From Octopus sinensis (taxonomy: Eukaryota), in assembly GCF_006345805.1 (NCBI RefSeq), contig NC_043000.1:80290001-80354000 (forward strand): a stretch of DNA of 64,000 nt. Direction: 5' to 3'. Shown piece by piece: positions 13,131 to 26,120 of this stretch. Each line of letters starts with the position of its first letter. Within the stretch, counting starts at the first letter, position 1. The translations under genes were made by a program, and so were the position numbers. The notes beneath the pieces were generated by a model, which saw nothing but the letters and a program-made list of their open reading frames with translations, did not search any database and was not told the DNA's origin.

Positions 13131-14090
13131 CTACATTTGAAACACCTGGGCTTCCTCCCCTCTACATGCTCAGCCAATGTGGTGTCTTCACTGATACATA
13201 TCTTCTCTGGTAATTTTTCCAGGTCTGTTGTTATTGCTTAGGCCAAGACCTCCAGAGTTTGCCCTTTCCAGTTTTGTGAGGCATCTCTGGATATCTGTAT
13301 CATATTTATTTTTTCTTCTCTCCCGTATAGAAGGGTGGTAATTATACACGCAATCTCTATCTCTGGCGGAATATTTTTAATCTTAATCCGGGACACTCTA
13401 CATCCCAGATATAATGGTAGCAATATAATGCTACCACTTTGCAAGGTTTGAGTCAATAATTCTTTTGCACTCTTGGCCGACTTAAACATTGCTTCCACAG
13501 TTGCAAATTTGGTACCTTGGGTCAGGTATTTTATCTGACCTAACATTGGCCCGAGGCACTTTTCTATAGTGCTTTCTTCAAGGTGTTCGAATCTTTTTTT
13601 TTTCACAGTCATAAGTTTTGTAGACAATTGTACTCTCCATCGTTCGATTCAGAATCTCGCTGGGGGTGATTCAGCTTTCATCATTTTCCTCGTGGATCAT
13701 GCCGTACAGGCTTGGATTTCTTCTTTCTTGAAAGTCCTGTTTTCCTTTCCTCCCACAATGGAGGTGAAGTTTCTTACTTCTTCAACTGAAGACATTTTCG
13801 CTTTTTTTTAAAACAAAATATTGTTACAATATCGATATCAAGGTTTGTTCCTAAGGAACACAGTTCGTAATTAATAAACAATTCCTTCTTCCATGTGGGA
13901 GGCCAACAATTTCACAAAGAAATTTATACAATAACAGTTCAACAATGTTTCCCTTACGGGAAACCACAACAAAAAATGAACAATTCCTGCAAGCAAGCGA
14001 CAAACAAATTTTACACAGACCTTTCAATAAAATGATGCACTCCCAGCCAATGAAATCGCCCGCTCTCTCTCTCTTCCTGTCAAATGCACA
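13130..14090 (-). mobile_element. Probable L1/Tx1-clade ORF1 and 5' UTR, truncated within its zinc knuckle
   Basis: ATG at 13795, in frame with ORF 13238-13627 (RRM-like RIKIKNIPPEI) and continuing to VEGRKPRCFKC. The family call is from recognition only; no HMM was run. Confidence 0.6.
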
Positions 14091-14838
14091 TGCTCTTTAT
14101 ATCAACGTTATTTGTATAACATAGAGGCTGACCAAAGACCTATGTTTTTAGGAATTATTTTACAGTTGGAATTCCCCCACTGTTACAAATTCTGACCTGT
14201 TTTTCTAGTAAGGGAATTTTTATTCCAATCGTTTTTGAAAGCACAGAGCTACGGGATAATTTGGATAATCTTTTAACAGAGAAATGTCAGTGTAGCATTT
14301 CTAATTTTTTACACAAATTGTTTCGTGAGAAGATTTGCAATGTTAACATTTACAAAGATCCAGACCCAAGCAAACATGCATGCACACACTCATACACACA
14401 CACAGAAAGGCACAAGCACAGGTGTAGCTGTATGGTAAGAAGTTTACTTCTCAACCACTCAGAGCTGGCTTCGGTCTCATTGCATGACACCTACTATAGC
14501 TCTGAGTGTGTGTTAATAATATTGGCATTATGACTCTTCCTTGACGCAACAAAATTTGTTTCAGCGCACAAATTCACATAAAGAATCTTGTAAACCAGAT
14601 ACAAAAACGAAGTGTACACACACACACACACACACATGTATTTCAAATGACTGATACAGAAGGCAGAGTGGAACTAGAAGCTTTATTTAGCTAAAACTTC
14701 CAGTTATATTAGTCATCAATATCAATCATTTAAAATATTTCCAACGTATACCAAAGAATTCCTTATGTAGATCCAGTGGTGAAAACGTGATGAAAGGTAG
14801 GTAGGTAGGTAAGTAGATAACTAGACAGATAGGTAGGT

Positions 14839-14876
<38 letters not shown>

Positions 14877-14879
<3 letters not shown>

Positions 14880-16470
14880 GCTCAGTCCTCAGCCCCCTCC
14901 TATTTATCATAGTCCTCCAGGCAATAACGGAGGAATTCAAGACAGGATGCCCCTGGGAGCTCCTCTATGCTGATGACCTTGCTCTAATTGCTGAGTCACT
15001 ATCAGAACTGGAGAAGAAGTTTCAGGTGTGGAAGCAAGGTTTAGAATCGAAGGGCCTTAGAGTCAATCTAGCTAAAACCAAAGTCGTAATAAGTAGGAAG
15101 GTTGACAAATCACAAACGCCTTCAGGTAGATGGCCCTGCTCGATCTGTAGAAAAGGTGTAGGTAGAAACTCTATAAGATGCACCAAGTGTAAGCTATGGA
15201 CACATAAGAGGTGCAGCAATGTCATAGGAAGGCTAACTAGGAAGATGGTTTTTGTATGTGGCAGATGCTCTGAAAATCTGCAGAAAACAACTTCCATCAC
15301 TTTCCAGGGGGAAAAACTAGAAGTAGTTGATAGCTTCCGTTATCTTGGTGACCAAGTCAGTAGTGGGAGTGGGTATGCTGAAAGTATAACGGCTAGAGTA
15401 AGAATAGCCTGGGCAAAGTTTAGGGAGCTCTTTACCTCTGCTGGTGACTAAAGGCCTCTCGCAGAGTAATAGGCAGACTGTATGATGCATGTGTACGAAC
15501 AGCCATGCTACATGGCAGTGAAACATGGGCCGTGACTGCTGTGGACATGCGTAAGCTCGCGAGAAATGAAGCCAGTATGCTCCGATGGATGTGTAATGTC
15601 AGTGTGCATGCTCGACAGAGCGTTAGTACCCTGAGAGAAATGTTGGACCTAAGGAGCATCAGTTGTGGTGTGCAAGAGAGACGATTGCGCTGGTATGGTC
15701 ATGTGGTGAGAATGGATGAAGATAGGTGTGTGAAAAAGTGCCAATCCCTAACAGTGGAGGGAACCCGTGGAAGAGGTAGACCCAGGAAAACTTGGGACGA
15801 GGTGGTGAAGCACGACCTTCGAACTTTAGGTCTCACTGAGGAAATGACCAGCGACCGAGACCATTAGAAATATGCTGTGCGTGAAAAGACCAGGCAGGAC
15901 AAGTGAGTCCAGCCCACTTATGCATGCCTTTCCTCCCTTGGACACAAAGACCTGTTGAGGCAAGCGAAGTCGATATCGAACCTCATCCGACGACAGGCAC
16001 CTATGCGAAGACCTGTTGGGGCAAGTGAAATCGGAATCGAAATTGAACCAATCCTATGACTGGCACCCGGCAGATGCCAGGACCCCTGGACTGGAGATGC
16101 GTAAAAAGCACTATCCGAATCGTGGCCGATGCCAGCGCCGCCTCAACTGGCTTCTGTGTCGGTGGCACGTAAAAAGCACCATTCGAATCGTGGCCGAAGC
16201 CAGTGCCGCCTCGACTGGCTTCCGTGCAGGTGACACGTAAAATGCACCAATCCGACCGTGGCTGATGCCAGCCTCGCCTGGCACCAGTGCAGGTGGCACG
16301 TAAAAAGCACCCACTACACTCACGGAGTTGTTGGCGTTAGGAAGGGCATCCAGCTGTAGAAACATTGCCAGATAAGACCGGAGCCTGGTGCAGCCTTCTG
16401 GCTTCCCAGATCCCCGGTCGAACCGTCCAACCCATGCTAGCATGGAGAACGGACGTTAAACGATGATGAT
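14877..16470 (+). mobile_element. RTE-clade LINE copy 2, 5'-truncated, inserted in (TA)n
   Basis: Starts at the (Q)GSVLSP-region codons. Has YADD, the PHD insert, FRYLG, LHGSETW and RGRGRPRKTW, a long 3' UTR with tandem units, and a (GAT)n tail. (TA)n on both sides. Confidence 0.95.
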
Positions 16471-16492
16471 ATATATATATATATATATATAT

Positions 16493-16573
<81 letters not shown>

Positions 16574-16600
16574 CATACAGACAGACAGATTGATAGATTG
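16471..16600. repeat. (TA)n-(GATA)n microsatellite
   Basis: Direct inspection. Confidence 0.95.
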
Positions 16601-17434
16601 ATAAACATAGACACATACACACACAGGCATACTGGCTACAGTAAAAGGTGCTTACCAAAGTTCCACACAATGAGATAAGATTTCAAACTGTGTGGTAATG
16701 AAGTGAAATCCACAATCACAAAGTCATGCCTGTGATTTTGTATGTGCATGTGTATATATGTATGCATGTGTGTATATGTATGCATGTGTGTGTGTGTGTG
16801 TGTTTGCTCGGTAGTTTATGTGGTGGTAGAGGAACAAGAAATGGTTGATTGGCTTTTGGCTGGCAGGTGAAGGAAAACCAGCAAAATATATACAAAACAT
16901 TGAGTCAGAATCTCCTTCCTTGACTCTCAGTACATGAAGGTTGGCACCACTGTTCCTATCTACTCAACCTAACCCCCAACAGTCATACCTGCCAACAGAG
17001 CAATACTTCATTAGAACACAAGTGATTTGGTGTATAAATTATTAAAAATTTTATACTCTTACATTTAATGAGAGATGCATAATTAGAGAGACATATGAGG
17101 AATACACTTACACACAAAACACTCATACACACATACAAGCACATATAGATATAAGATATAAATATACATATATAAATAGGCAACATATACACATATATTT
17201 ATATAAAATAAATATTTCTATTCAAATATACGTATATATAAATGTAAATAGATGCAGGCAATTATATACATACACACACATATGCACACAATCTTTCCAA
17301 CATTTGAGATACTTCAATTTCCGTTCCACTGATCACGTACACTTATCTTGAACTAATTCAATATATTTTGAATTTATTGTTGAGTTTTCACATGTTAGAT
17401 ACGTCATTTTATTGCATACATATATATGCACATA

Positions 17435-17562
17435 CACATGTACACTGGGTTAAAACACAAAAAAAGAATAAAATATAAACGAATATATATATATATATAT
17501 ATATATATTCATTATACATACTACACATGTGTGTGTGTGTGTAAAAAAAAATATATATACAC

Positions 17563-17609
<47 letters not shown>

Positions 17610-17765
17610 TATATATATATACATATATAAATATATATATATGAATATATATCTATGTATATATATGTGTGTGTGTATATATATATGTATATATGTGTGT
17701 GTATGTGAATGTATATATATTCATTATACATACTACACATGTGTGTGTGTGTAAAAAATATATAT

Positions 17766-17850
<85 letters not shown>

Positions 17851-17925
17851 TATACACATATATAATTATATGTACATATATATATATATATACACATATA
17901 TATACACATATATAATTATATGTAC

Positions 17926-17956
<31 letters not shown>

Positions 17957-18207
17957 TACATTCATATATAATTATATGTACATATATAAATATATATATA
18001 AAATATATATATGAATATATATCTATGTATATATATGTGTGTGTGTATATATATGTATATATGTGTGTGTATGTGTATGTATATATATATATGTGCGTAT
18101 ATATATTTTTTACACACACACATGTGTAGTATGTATAATGAATATATATATATATATTCTTTTATTTTTTATTCTTTTTTTTTGCGTTTCAACCCAATGT
18201 ACATGTG
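17435..18207. repeat. Inverted-repeat pair (~125 bp) enclosing internally duplicated TA/CA satellite
   Basis: cacatgtacactgggttaaaacac...ttcattatacatactacacatgtg (from 17435) is the reverse complement of ~18095-18207. Direct duplications lie in between. Confidence 0.7.
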
Positions 18208-18925
18208 GGTAAAGTCCTTCTTTAGCCTGGGGTGCTGGTGTTTCTCCTTTCCTTACCCACTGTCTTTAATGCTTGACATTTTTATAGAGAACTCATTTCT
18301 CATCACCAGTCACTATTTAGCCCAAAAAAGGTTCATTCGTGCGATGTGACAGTAAAGAGGAGCTCACATTCACTCTCTGTGTGCAATTAGACTTGGAAAG
18401 TCTGTGAGGAACCAATTGACCCAATTTGCTGATTTTCTGATGGTATGCAGGTGTCAATGAATGATTAAATGACTAAATCTAAGTTTCTCTGCTAACTCGC
18501 CAACAGGGTTTTGCAGAACATCCTTGTTGAGCTCCACAGATCTTCTAGGATGAGGCTCATCTTCTAGACTGTAGTTTCTGGCTTGGAATTTCTGAAATGA
18601 CCATTGACACTGGCTTATGCTTATTGTCTGATCTCCATATACTGCATTAATATTTCTTGCACTTTCTTTTGTAATGTTGCCTTAATGAACTCATAAAGTA
18701 AAATATTCCGAATTTGCTCCTTTGTCACTTCCATTATAGCTTTGAAAAAAATAACTATTAAAAAATAAAATCGAACTGCATTCCTCAAATCTTGTACTGA
18801 GAATAAGGACAAGGTAAAATTACCTCCTGCTTTTATAGCAAGCTGATGCAGATAGTTTATCCCATCCCCCTCCGACATTTAGTTCATGCAGTTGAAAATA
18901 CTGCATTATATATGGGATGACCCAA
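18208..18925 (-). mobile_element. Mariner fragment (5' half), same family as 4085-5362
   Basis: TIR atgggatgacccaa ends at 18925. N-terminal MEVTKEQIRNILLYEF. gtgactggtgatgag matches the 4085 copy. The 3' half is missing. Confidence 0.85.
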
Positions 18926-19127
18926 TACTTTCAATGTGTGGTGTGAAAATATCATAGGAAATTCCTGGCAAGATATATTCATAGTTTGAAAGTCATTCAT
19001 GAGATTTTTTTTCCTTTTCTTAATGTAGAATATTCACCAGTCATACTTATAGCAGGCAGAAAGTAAGCTAGAACCACAGTGGACAGTGTTAGTCACCCAT
19101 TAAATAAACATGCATACACACAAAGGC

Positions 19128-19345
19128 AGTGATCTGGCAGAATCATTAGCATGCCGTACAAAATGCTTAGCAGTATTTTATCTATCTTTACGTTCTGAGT
19201 TCAAATTCCACCTAAGTCAACTTTACCTTTCATCCTTTCAGGGTCAATGAAATAAGTTCCAGTTGAGTACTGGGATCAATGTAATCGAATTAAACTCAAC
19301 CACACACGAAATTGCTGGACTTGTGCCAAAATTTGAAACTAATTT
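19128..19345 (+). mobile_element. SINE family B
   Basis: ctggcagaatcattagc...gttctgagttcaaattcc...cctttcaggggtcaatg...gtgccaaaatttgaaac. Confidence 0.8.
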
Positions 19346-19744
19346 TTACACACGTAACCCCTGGTGTGATATTTTAAATTTCAACCTGTCATCTCTTTCA
19401 TTGTATTTTTGCGAGTACTATCATCATAAACCCTTAATACTTTCTTCTGTTTTTCCCATCTTAATGTCGATGTCCTTTCGTCTTAACCCCAGGTCATGCA
19501 TTTCTTTAATTTCCAACATATTCATTCACTCATGAAAACTTATCACACATTCACAGTCCTTGTCTCTAATTTCGTCTTTCTCCAAGTCCAGGAACCATCC
19601 CTCCCTCACTCCCTCCCTCTCGCATGTTCTGATCCCCCACCCACCCACTGGCTCATCTATCGTCCTTCACCCTGTCTATCTAATTCCTACACTATATGCC
19701 TATCTATCTATAGGCCTTTTCCATCTCTTAATCTCTAGTCCATG

Positions 19745-22700
19745 GATACCAGATCTCAGTGGTGCGCCCGTCCTCACACCCCTCCACCTGAACCGGAAGT
19801 CTCTATCTCATCTTCCTTTGCTTTTCTCCCATGAACACCTAAAGGCCTTATGCCAACCCCACCCCTACTATATAAGGTTGTGATCATACAGTGCAAAACA
19901 TGATAGTTTAGTGTATGCAGGTTGAACTTATAAGATCATTGTTTGCTTATGAATTCTGCCAAATGTGAGCTCTCTTTTCAGGCACATGACGCTACTGTCC
20001 CCCGCCCCAGGGTCTCTAGGGCCCATACCTCCCACACCCTCAGAGTTGGCACTCTCAACGTCGGCACACTGAAAGGTAGGTCTGGTGAGATTGTTGAAAT
20101 GCTTGAACGTAGATGTGTTGATATGTGCTGCATCCAAGAAGTAAGGTGGAGAGGAGGTTCTGCTAGGTTCCTCACACGCAAAGAACACAGGTACAAGATT
20201 TTCTGGGCAGGGAACACTGATGAGGTTGGGGGCATGGGTATACTTCTCGCTGAAAAATGGGTAGATAAGGTAATAGAAGTAATCAGAGTAAATGACAGAA
20301 TACTTAAAATTAGATTAGTGATTCATCATGGATTAGCAGCCATTATATTGGCCTATGCCCCTCAGTCGGGGCTACCCGATGGACAGAAAACCGATTCTAT
20401 GGCACCCTACTGCAGACTACCTCGTTGACGAACGACAGAGATTTTCTCTTTGTGGCTGGTGACTTCAATGATCATGTTGGACGACATGCTGGGGGCTTCC
20501 ATGGTGTACATGGAGGCTATGGTTATGGTTCTCGCAACGAGGAGGGAACCAGGCTGCTGGAGTTCTGCGATGCAAATGATCTTTTGGTTTGCAACACTAA
20601 CTTCAGGAAACCTACCAGCCACCTAGTCACCTACCGATCGGGCCGACATGCCAGCCAAATTGACTACATCCTTGCCAGGAAAAGGGAAAGATGGCTGCTT
20701 ATAAAGGCAAAAACCTTCCCAGGTGAAGAGTGTACTTAAAGATCCTGTGAATGGACAGAGACTTAGGGACATATTACTTGAAGCCTTTGACGAAGTAAAA
20801 GGGGATTTAGCTTCACATGGGGTAGAAGACAACTGGAGGTTTCTAAAAGACAACCTGCTGAGAGCCACTGACCAGATCTGTGGCTGGTGCAAAGTCCCCT
20901 CTCGACCCAAAATAACGTGGTGGTGGAACAATGTTGTAGACAGAGCTATTAGAGATAAGAGACAGGCTTGGAAGGACTGGAAAAATGGTGGTAGCGGGAA
21001 ATTGTATCAGACTACCAAAAGAGAAGCTAGGAGACAGGTTTATTTAGCCAGAAGGGAAGCAGATAAGAAAAAATTTGCCAATGTTCTGTGCCGTGAGGAC
21101 CAAAGACTTGAGGTATTCCGTGTTGCAAGACAGTGTGTAAGAGAGAATCATGATGTGGTAGGAGAGAAATGTGTTCGCATGGATGATGGCTCACTTACGT
21201 TGAATGAGGATGCAAAGAGAGAGGTTTGGAGACACCATTATGAGAGGCTGCTAAATAAGGAAAATGAATGGGATAAAGAGAGTCTGCCGAATGTCGACCC
21301 AACAGAGGGACCAGCTATCCGAGTTGACAGTTCCTTAGTAGTTAAGGCAATTAGAAGCATGAAGACAGGGAAAGCCCCAGGCCCATCAGGAATTACTGCA
21401 GAGATGCTTAAAATATCTGGTAGTGTCGACTATAGCCTAGTCACCCATATAGTTAACCAGGTGATACACGAATGACTGGTGTAGCAGCATAATAGTCAAC
21501 TGCTACAAAGGTAAAGGTGACGTTTTAGATACAAATAATTACAGAGGTATCAAGCTGTTGGATCAGGTAATGAAGGTTACAGAGAGGGTCATAGCCCAAC
21601 TGATTAGGGAAAGAGTCAGCTTGGATGAGATGCAGTTTGGTTTCGTGCCAGGGAAAAGCACCACTGATGCCATATTTCTGGTGAGACAGCTGCAGGAGAA
21701 ATACCTAGCCAAAGATAAGCCTCTGTACCTGGCCTTCATTGACATGGAGAAAGCCTTTGACAGGGTCCCCCCATCCCTTATCTGGTGGTCAATGAGGAAA
21801 CTAGGGATAGATGAATGGTTAGTAAGAGCTGTGCAAGCCATGTACAGAGACGCTGTAAGTAAGGTGAGGGTTGGCAACGAGTACACTAAAGAATTCAAGG
21901 TAGAGGTAGGGGTCCACCAAGGTTCAGTCCTCAGCCCCCTCCTATTTATCATAGTCTACCAGGCAATAACGGAGGAATTCAAGACAGAATGCCCCTGGGA
22001 GCTCCTCTATGCTGATGACCTTGCTCTAATTGCTGAGTCACTATCAGAACTAGAGGTAAAGTTTCAAGTCTGGAGGCAAGGATTAGAATCGAAGGGCCTT
22101 AAAATTAACCTAGCTAAAACCAAAGTCCTAATATGTAGGAAGGCAGGCAAATCACAAATGCCTTCAGATAGATGGCCCTGCTCGATCTGTAGAAAAGGCG
22201 TAGGTAGAAACTCTATAAGATGCACCAAGTGTAAGCTATAGACACATAAGAGGTGCAGCAATGTCAAAGGAAGGCTAACTGGGAAGATAGTTTTTGTATG
22301 TGACAGATGCTCAGGAGCAATAAACACTGAAAATGCTCAGAGACCAACTTCTGCCACATTCCAGGGAGAAAAACTAGAAATTGTTGATAGCTTCCATTAC
22401 CTAGGTGACCAAGTCAGTAGCAGGGGTGGGTGTGCTGAAAGTGTAACTGCTAGAATAAGAATAGCCTGGGCAAAGTTCAGAGAGCTCTTACCTCTGCTGG
22501 TGACAAAAGGCCTCTCGCTCAGAGTAAAAGGCAGACTGTATGACGCATGTGTATGAACAGCCATGCTACATGGCAGTGAAACTTGGGCCGTGACTGCTGA
22601 GGATATGCGTAAGCTTGCAAGAAATGAAGCCAGTATGCTCCGATGGATGTGTAATGTCAGTGTTCATACTCGACAGAGCGTAAGTACCTTGAGAGAAAAG

Positions 22701-23505
22701 TTGGACCTAAGAAGCATCAGTTGTGGTGTGCAAGAGAGACGACTGCGCTGCTATGGTCATGTAGCGAGAATGGATGTAGATAGTTGTGTGAAAAAGTGCC
22801 ACACCCTAGCGGTTGAGGGAATCTGTGGAAGAAGTAGACCCAGGAAAACCTGGGACGAGGTGGTGAAGCACGACCTTCAAACTCTAGGTCTCACCGAGGA
22901 AATGACCAGAGACCGAGTCCTTTGGAAGTATGCTGTGCATGGGAAGACACGGCAGGACAAGTGAGACCATAACCCATGGCCTCTACCTGGGACGTAGCCA
23001 GCCCACTTATGCATACCTTTCCTTCTTGTGACACAAACCCTACTTGTGAAGACCTGTTGAGGCAAGTGAAAATCAAAATCGAAATCGATCACCATCGATG
23101 GAAATTGTAGCTGTGGTACCAGTGCCGGTGGCACATAAGGGAACCATCTGAACGTGGCCGTTGCCAGTGCCACCCCAACTGGCCTCCATGCCGGTAGCAC
23201 GTAAAAAGCACCATCCAATTGTGGCGTTTGCCAGCCTCGTCTGGCCCCTGTGCCGGTGGCACGTAAAATGCACCATCCGATCGTGGCCATTTGCCAGCCT
23301 CGTCCGGCACCTGTGCAGGTGGCACGTAAAAAACACCCACTACACTCAAGGAGTGGTTGGCGTTAGGAAGGGCATCCAGCTGTAGAAACACTGCCTGATC
23401 AGACTGGGCCTGGTGCATCCTTCTGGCTTCCCAGACCCCTGTTGAACCGTCCAACCCATGCTAGCATGGAAAACGGGCGTTAAACGATGATGATGATGAT
23501 GATGA
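19745..23505 (+). mobile_element. RTE-clade LINE copy 3, near full length, decayed
   Basis: APE (RVGTLNVGTL, GDFNDHVG, QIDYIL), RT (HQGSVLSP, YADD), PHD insert and C-terminus ending at TGA 22964. The 3' UTR has tandem units and a (GAT)n tail. Frameshifts, stops and an internal deletion near 20735. Confidence 0.95.
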
Positions 23506-23732
23506 CACACACACACTCACACATCTTTTAATTTTTTGTTTTAACACCAAAGCAATGCAAATTACTAGAGTTAATAATACAGGTCGATGGTTAGTAATAA
23601 GACCTGGAATTTTAATATTTCAGGCTTAGGATATCTTCTTCAGGAAATCTTCAGAGAGAAGCTGTTGTTAACTGACTTCTCTGTTCTGTTTATTCACTGC
23701 ACCCTGTATACACACACACACACACACACATA

Positions 23733-24400
23733 CAGGGTGCAGTGAATAAATTGTCGTCTAAATTACACAAAAATGAAAACACTGACGTCTCATTTTAACA
23801 GATATATTTACCAAAATTACATTAAAATATCTTGAAATACTAAAGAGTAATTTATTCAATAAAATTGTCATTGGCTTCAACCATGGCCTCCAGACAACTT
23901 CGTAATCTCCTGCAACTCTTATGGACAGTTTCCTTGTTTAAGTTGGTGAATGCTGCCATAATCCTTACCTTCAGTTCATCTTTGGTTTTACAAGGAGTTT
24001 TATTGGTCTTTCACTCAACTGTGCTCCACACATAATAAAGGGTATTGCAGTCTGAGGAGTGAGGTGGCCAGATGTTAGGGGTGATATGCTCATAGAAATT
24101 GTCTGACAGCCATGACTGGGTTCTCCTGCTTGTGTGGCATGGTGCAGAGTCCTGTTGCCAGACATAGAGCCTTCCAGCAGCCACCCTCTTGACCCAATGC
24201 AGCACTACCTCCTCTAAGCACTTGATGTAGGCCTCTGTGCTGAGTCTGAGGGCATGTGGAAAGATGAATGGAGGCACACAGAACAATACAGTTAAATTCA
24301 ATATGAAGCGGTATATGCAAGTCCAGGGGGCAGCCATCAGTGTCAGTGTGACTTGGGATGTGGTGGGACTATTCATGACCAGGTGGGACAGAAAACTGAA
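23733..24400 (-). mobile_element. maT-type (DD37D) Tc1/mariner remnant, 3' part with TIR
   Basis: WQQDSAPCHTS...WPPHSSDCNTL(D)YYVW gives 37 residues after the second Asp; the third Asp codon is lost. TA-cagggtgcagtgaataaa TIR at 23733, and an inverted copy of the TIR ends at 23706. Confidence 0.85.
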
Positions 24401-25530
24401 ATAAGCTCTTGAAGCTCTTGAGGAACACACAGTAGCAATCAGACTTTACAGGAGATATGTGGGTGACATCAACATCGTTATCAAAACACCATCGAACAGC
24501 CAGACTGAAGAGAATGAGAGGATCATACTAGAAAGCATCCTACATATAGCTAATTCCATACACCAAAGCATCAGGATAACTAAAGATTACACAACAAGTC
24601 ACCCAAACAAGAGACTCCCGGTCCTTGACACATAACTTTGGCTAGAAACCATTAATAACAAAATGAATATCCTCTACTCACACTATATGAAACCCATGTC
24701 CTCAAAGTATGTAATCTATAAGAGTTTGGTGCTATCACTCAATGTGAAAATTAATATATTAATAGCTGACCTAGTCAGAATAATGACAAACATATCACCC
24801 CTGTGTAAACCCTGGGCGAAACAGAAACACACGCAAGACTTCATGCATTGCATGCAATTTTGGGGATACAACTAGGAAAATAGGATCCAAGTGTTCAAGG
24901 GGGCTAGCAAGAAATTTGAAGAGATTGTAAATAAGGATGCTGATGAAACACAACCTAGGTTCTGTAGTAAGCAGCAGAATAAAATACAAAGAATTTATGA
25001 TAAAATGAACAAAAAGTACGTATGGTACAATGCTAACAAGTTCCAAAGGGTGATGTTTGTAGAAGCCACACCACATGGGGAACTAGCCTACAGATTTAGG
25101 CTAGTTGACTAAGTTGAACATAAAAGTCAATAATATGCAAAACATACCCCTTCAGAAAGACCACATGTGTAGAGGAGAACTGTGTAGTGTGCAAATATAG
25201 CCCTGGTGTCAACTGTAAAACAGAAATGTAGTTTACTGAATAAACTGCATGGATGGTAATTATAAAAACCAGAAAACTGCATACAAAGGTGAAATTGCGA
25301 GAAGTTTGGCCGAGTGTATAAATGAACATTAGAGGGAATACAGGGATCAAAGACAAGCCTTGATACTCTACCAACATACCAAAAACAACATGATGGTGTG
25401 CTAAGCTGGATTAGCATAGAAATCCTGTTTAAACACCCGGACAACGCATTACTTTGACAGATATGAGAGTCAGTCTTCATAAAAGAAACACGACCTGTTT
25501 TGAATAGTAAATACTCTCGATAGGCAAAGC
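24400..25530 (+). mobile_element. Penelope-like element remnant (RT plus GIY-YIG)
   Basis: RYVGD (RYVDD-like), LPVLD, ILYSHYMKPMSSK, MQFWGY, then NVVY.INC...YKGE..RSL.E...EH and PVLNSK. Frameshifted. Confidence 0.8.
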
Positions 25531-25544
25531 ACTTACAAAGACCC

Positions 25545-26120
25545 ATGGATGCACACACACACACACACCACACACACACACATGCAAAGACAAATAAGGA
25601 CACAGACATGCCCTCATGCCCACATGGACACACACACACATATGAATATGCCCACACATGGAAACATACACAAAGAAATACACATTTACACACAAACACA
25701 TAGGAACTCACACACATACACAGGAGTACACATGGAAACACACATATAAAGACACACTGAGACACAGACACATGCTCACACATGGACACGCAAACACAGG
25801 CACACATGCTCGTGCACACATGCCCTCCAATACACACATGGACACACATGCATACATATGCATGTTCACACTCACGCACAGATAGGTATCAGTTTGTTCA
25901 ACATTTATCAAACAAAGAAGACGGTTTAACTGTCTTTCAGAGAAACGTTATATGGATGAAGATGTGTGTTTGCGAAGAAAACAAAGAGAAAACCAAAACT
26001 GCTATCTTATGTATATGAAAAATGACATAGGTCAGTATTTAAAAAACATACACACACATATGAATGCACACACTTATGTATAAACACACACATACACACA
26101 CTCACATACTCATCTCAGAC
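25545..26120. repeat. CA-rich low-complexity tract
   Basis: Direct inspection. It is the source of the H/T- and V/C-rich ORFs. Confidence 0.85.

Noticed and set aside
19030-19070. Possible 34-nt micro-exon (polypyrimidine-AG ... GTAAG)
   Set aside because: No frame resembles kinesin or any recognisable protein, and such signals arise often by chance.
23590-23660. CTGAAGA...GAAA hammerhead-like string on the minus strand
   Set aside because: No convincing stem II, stem III or cleavage triplet.
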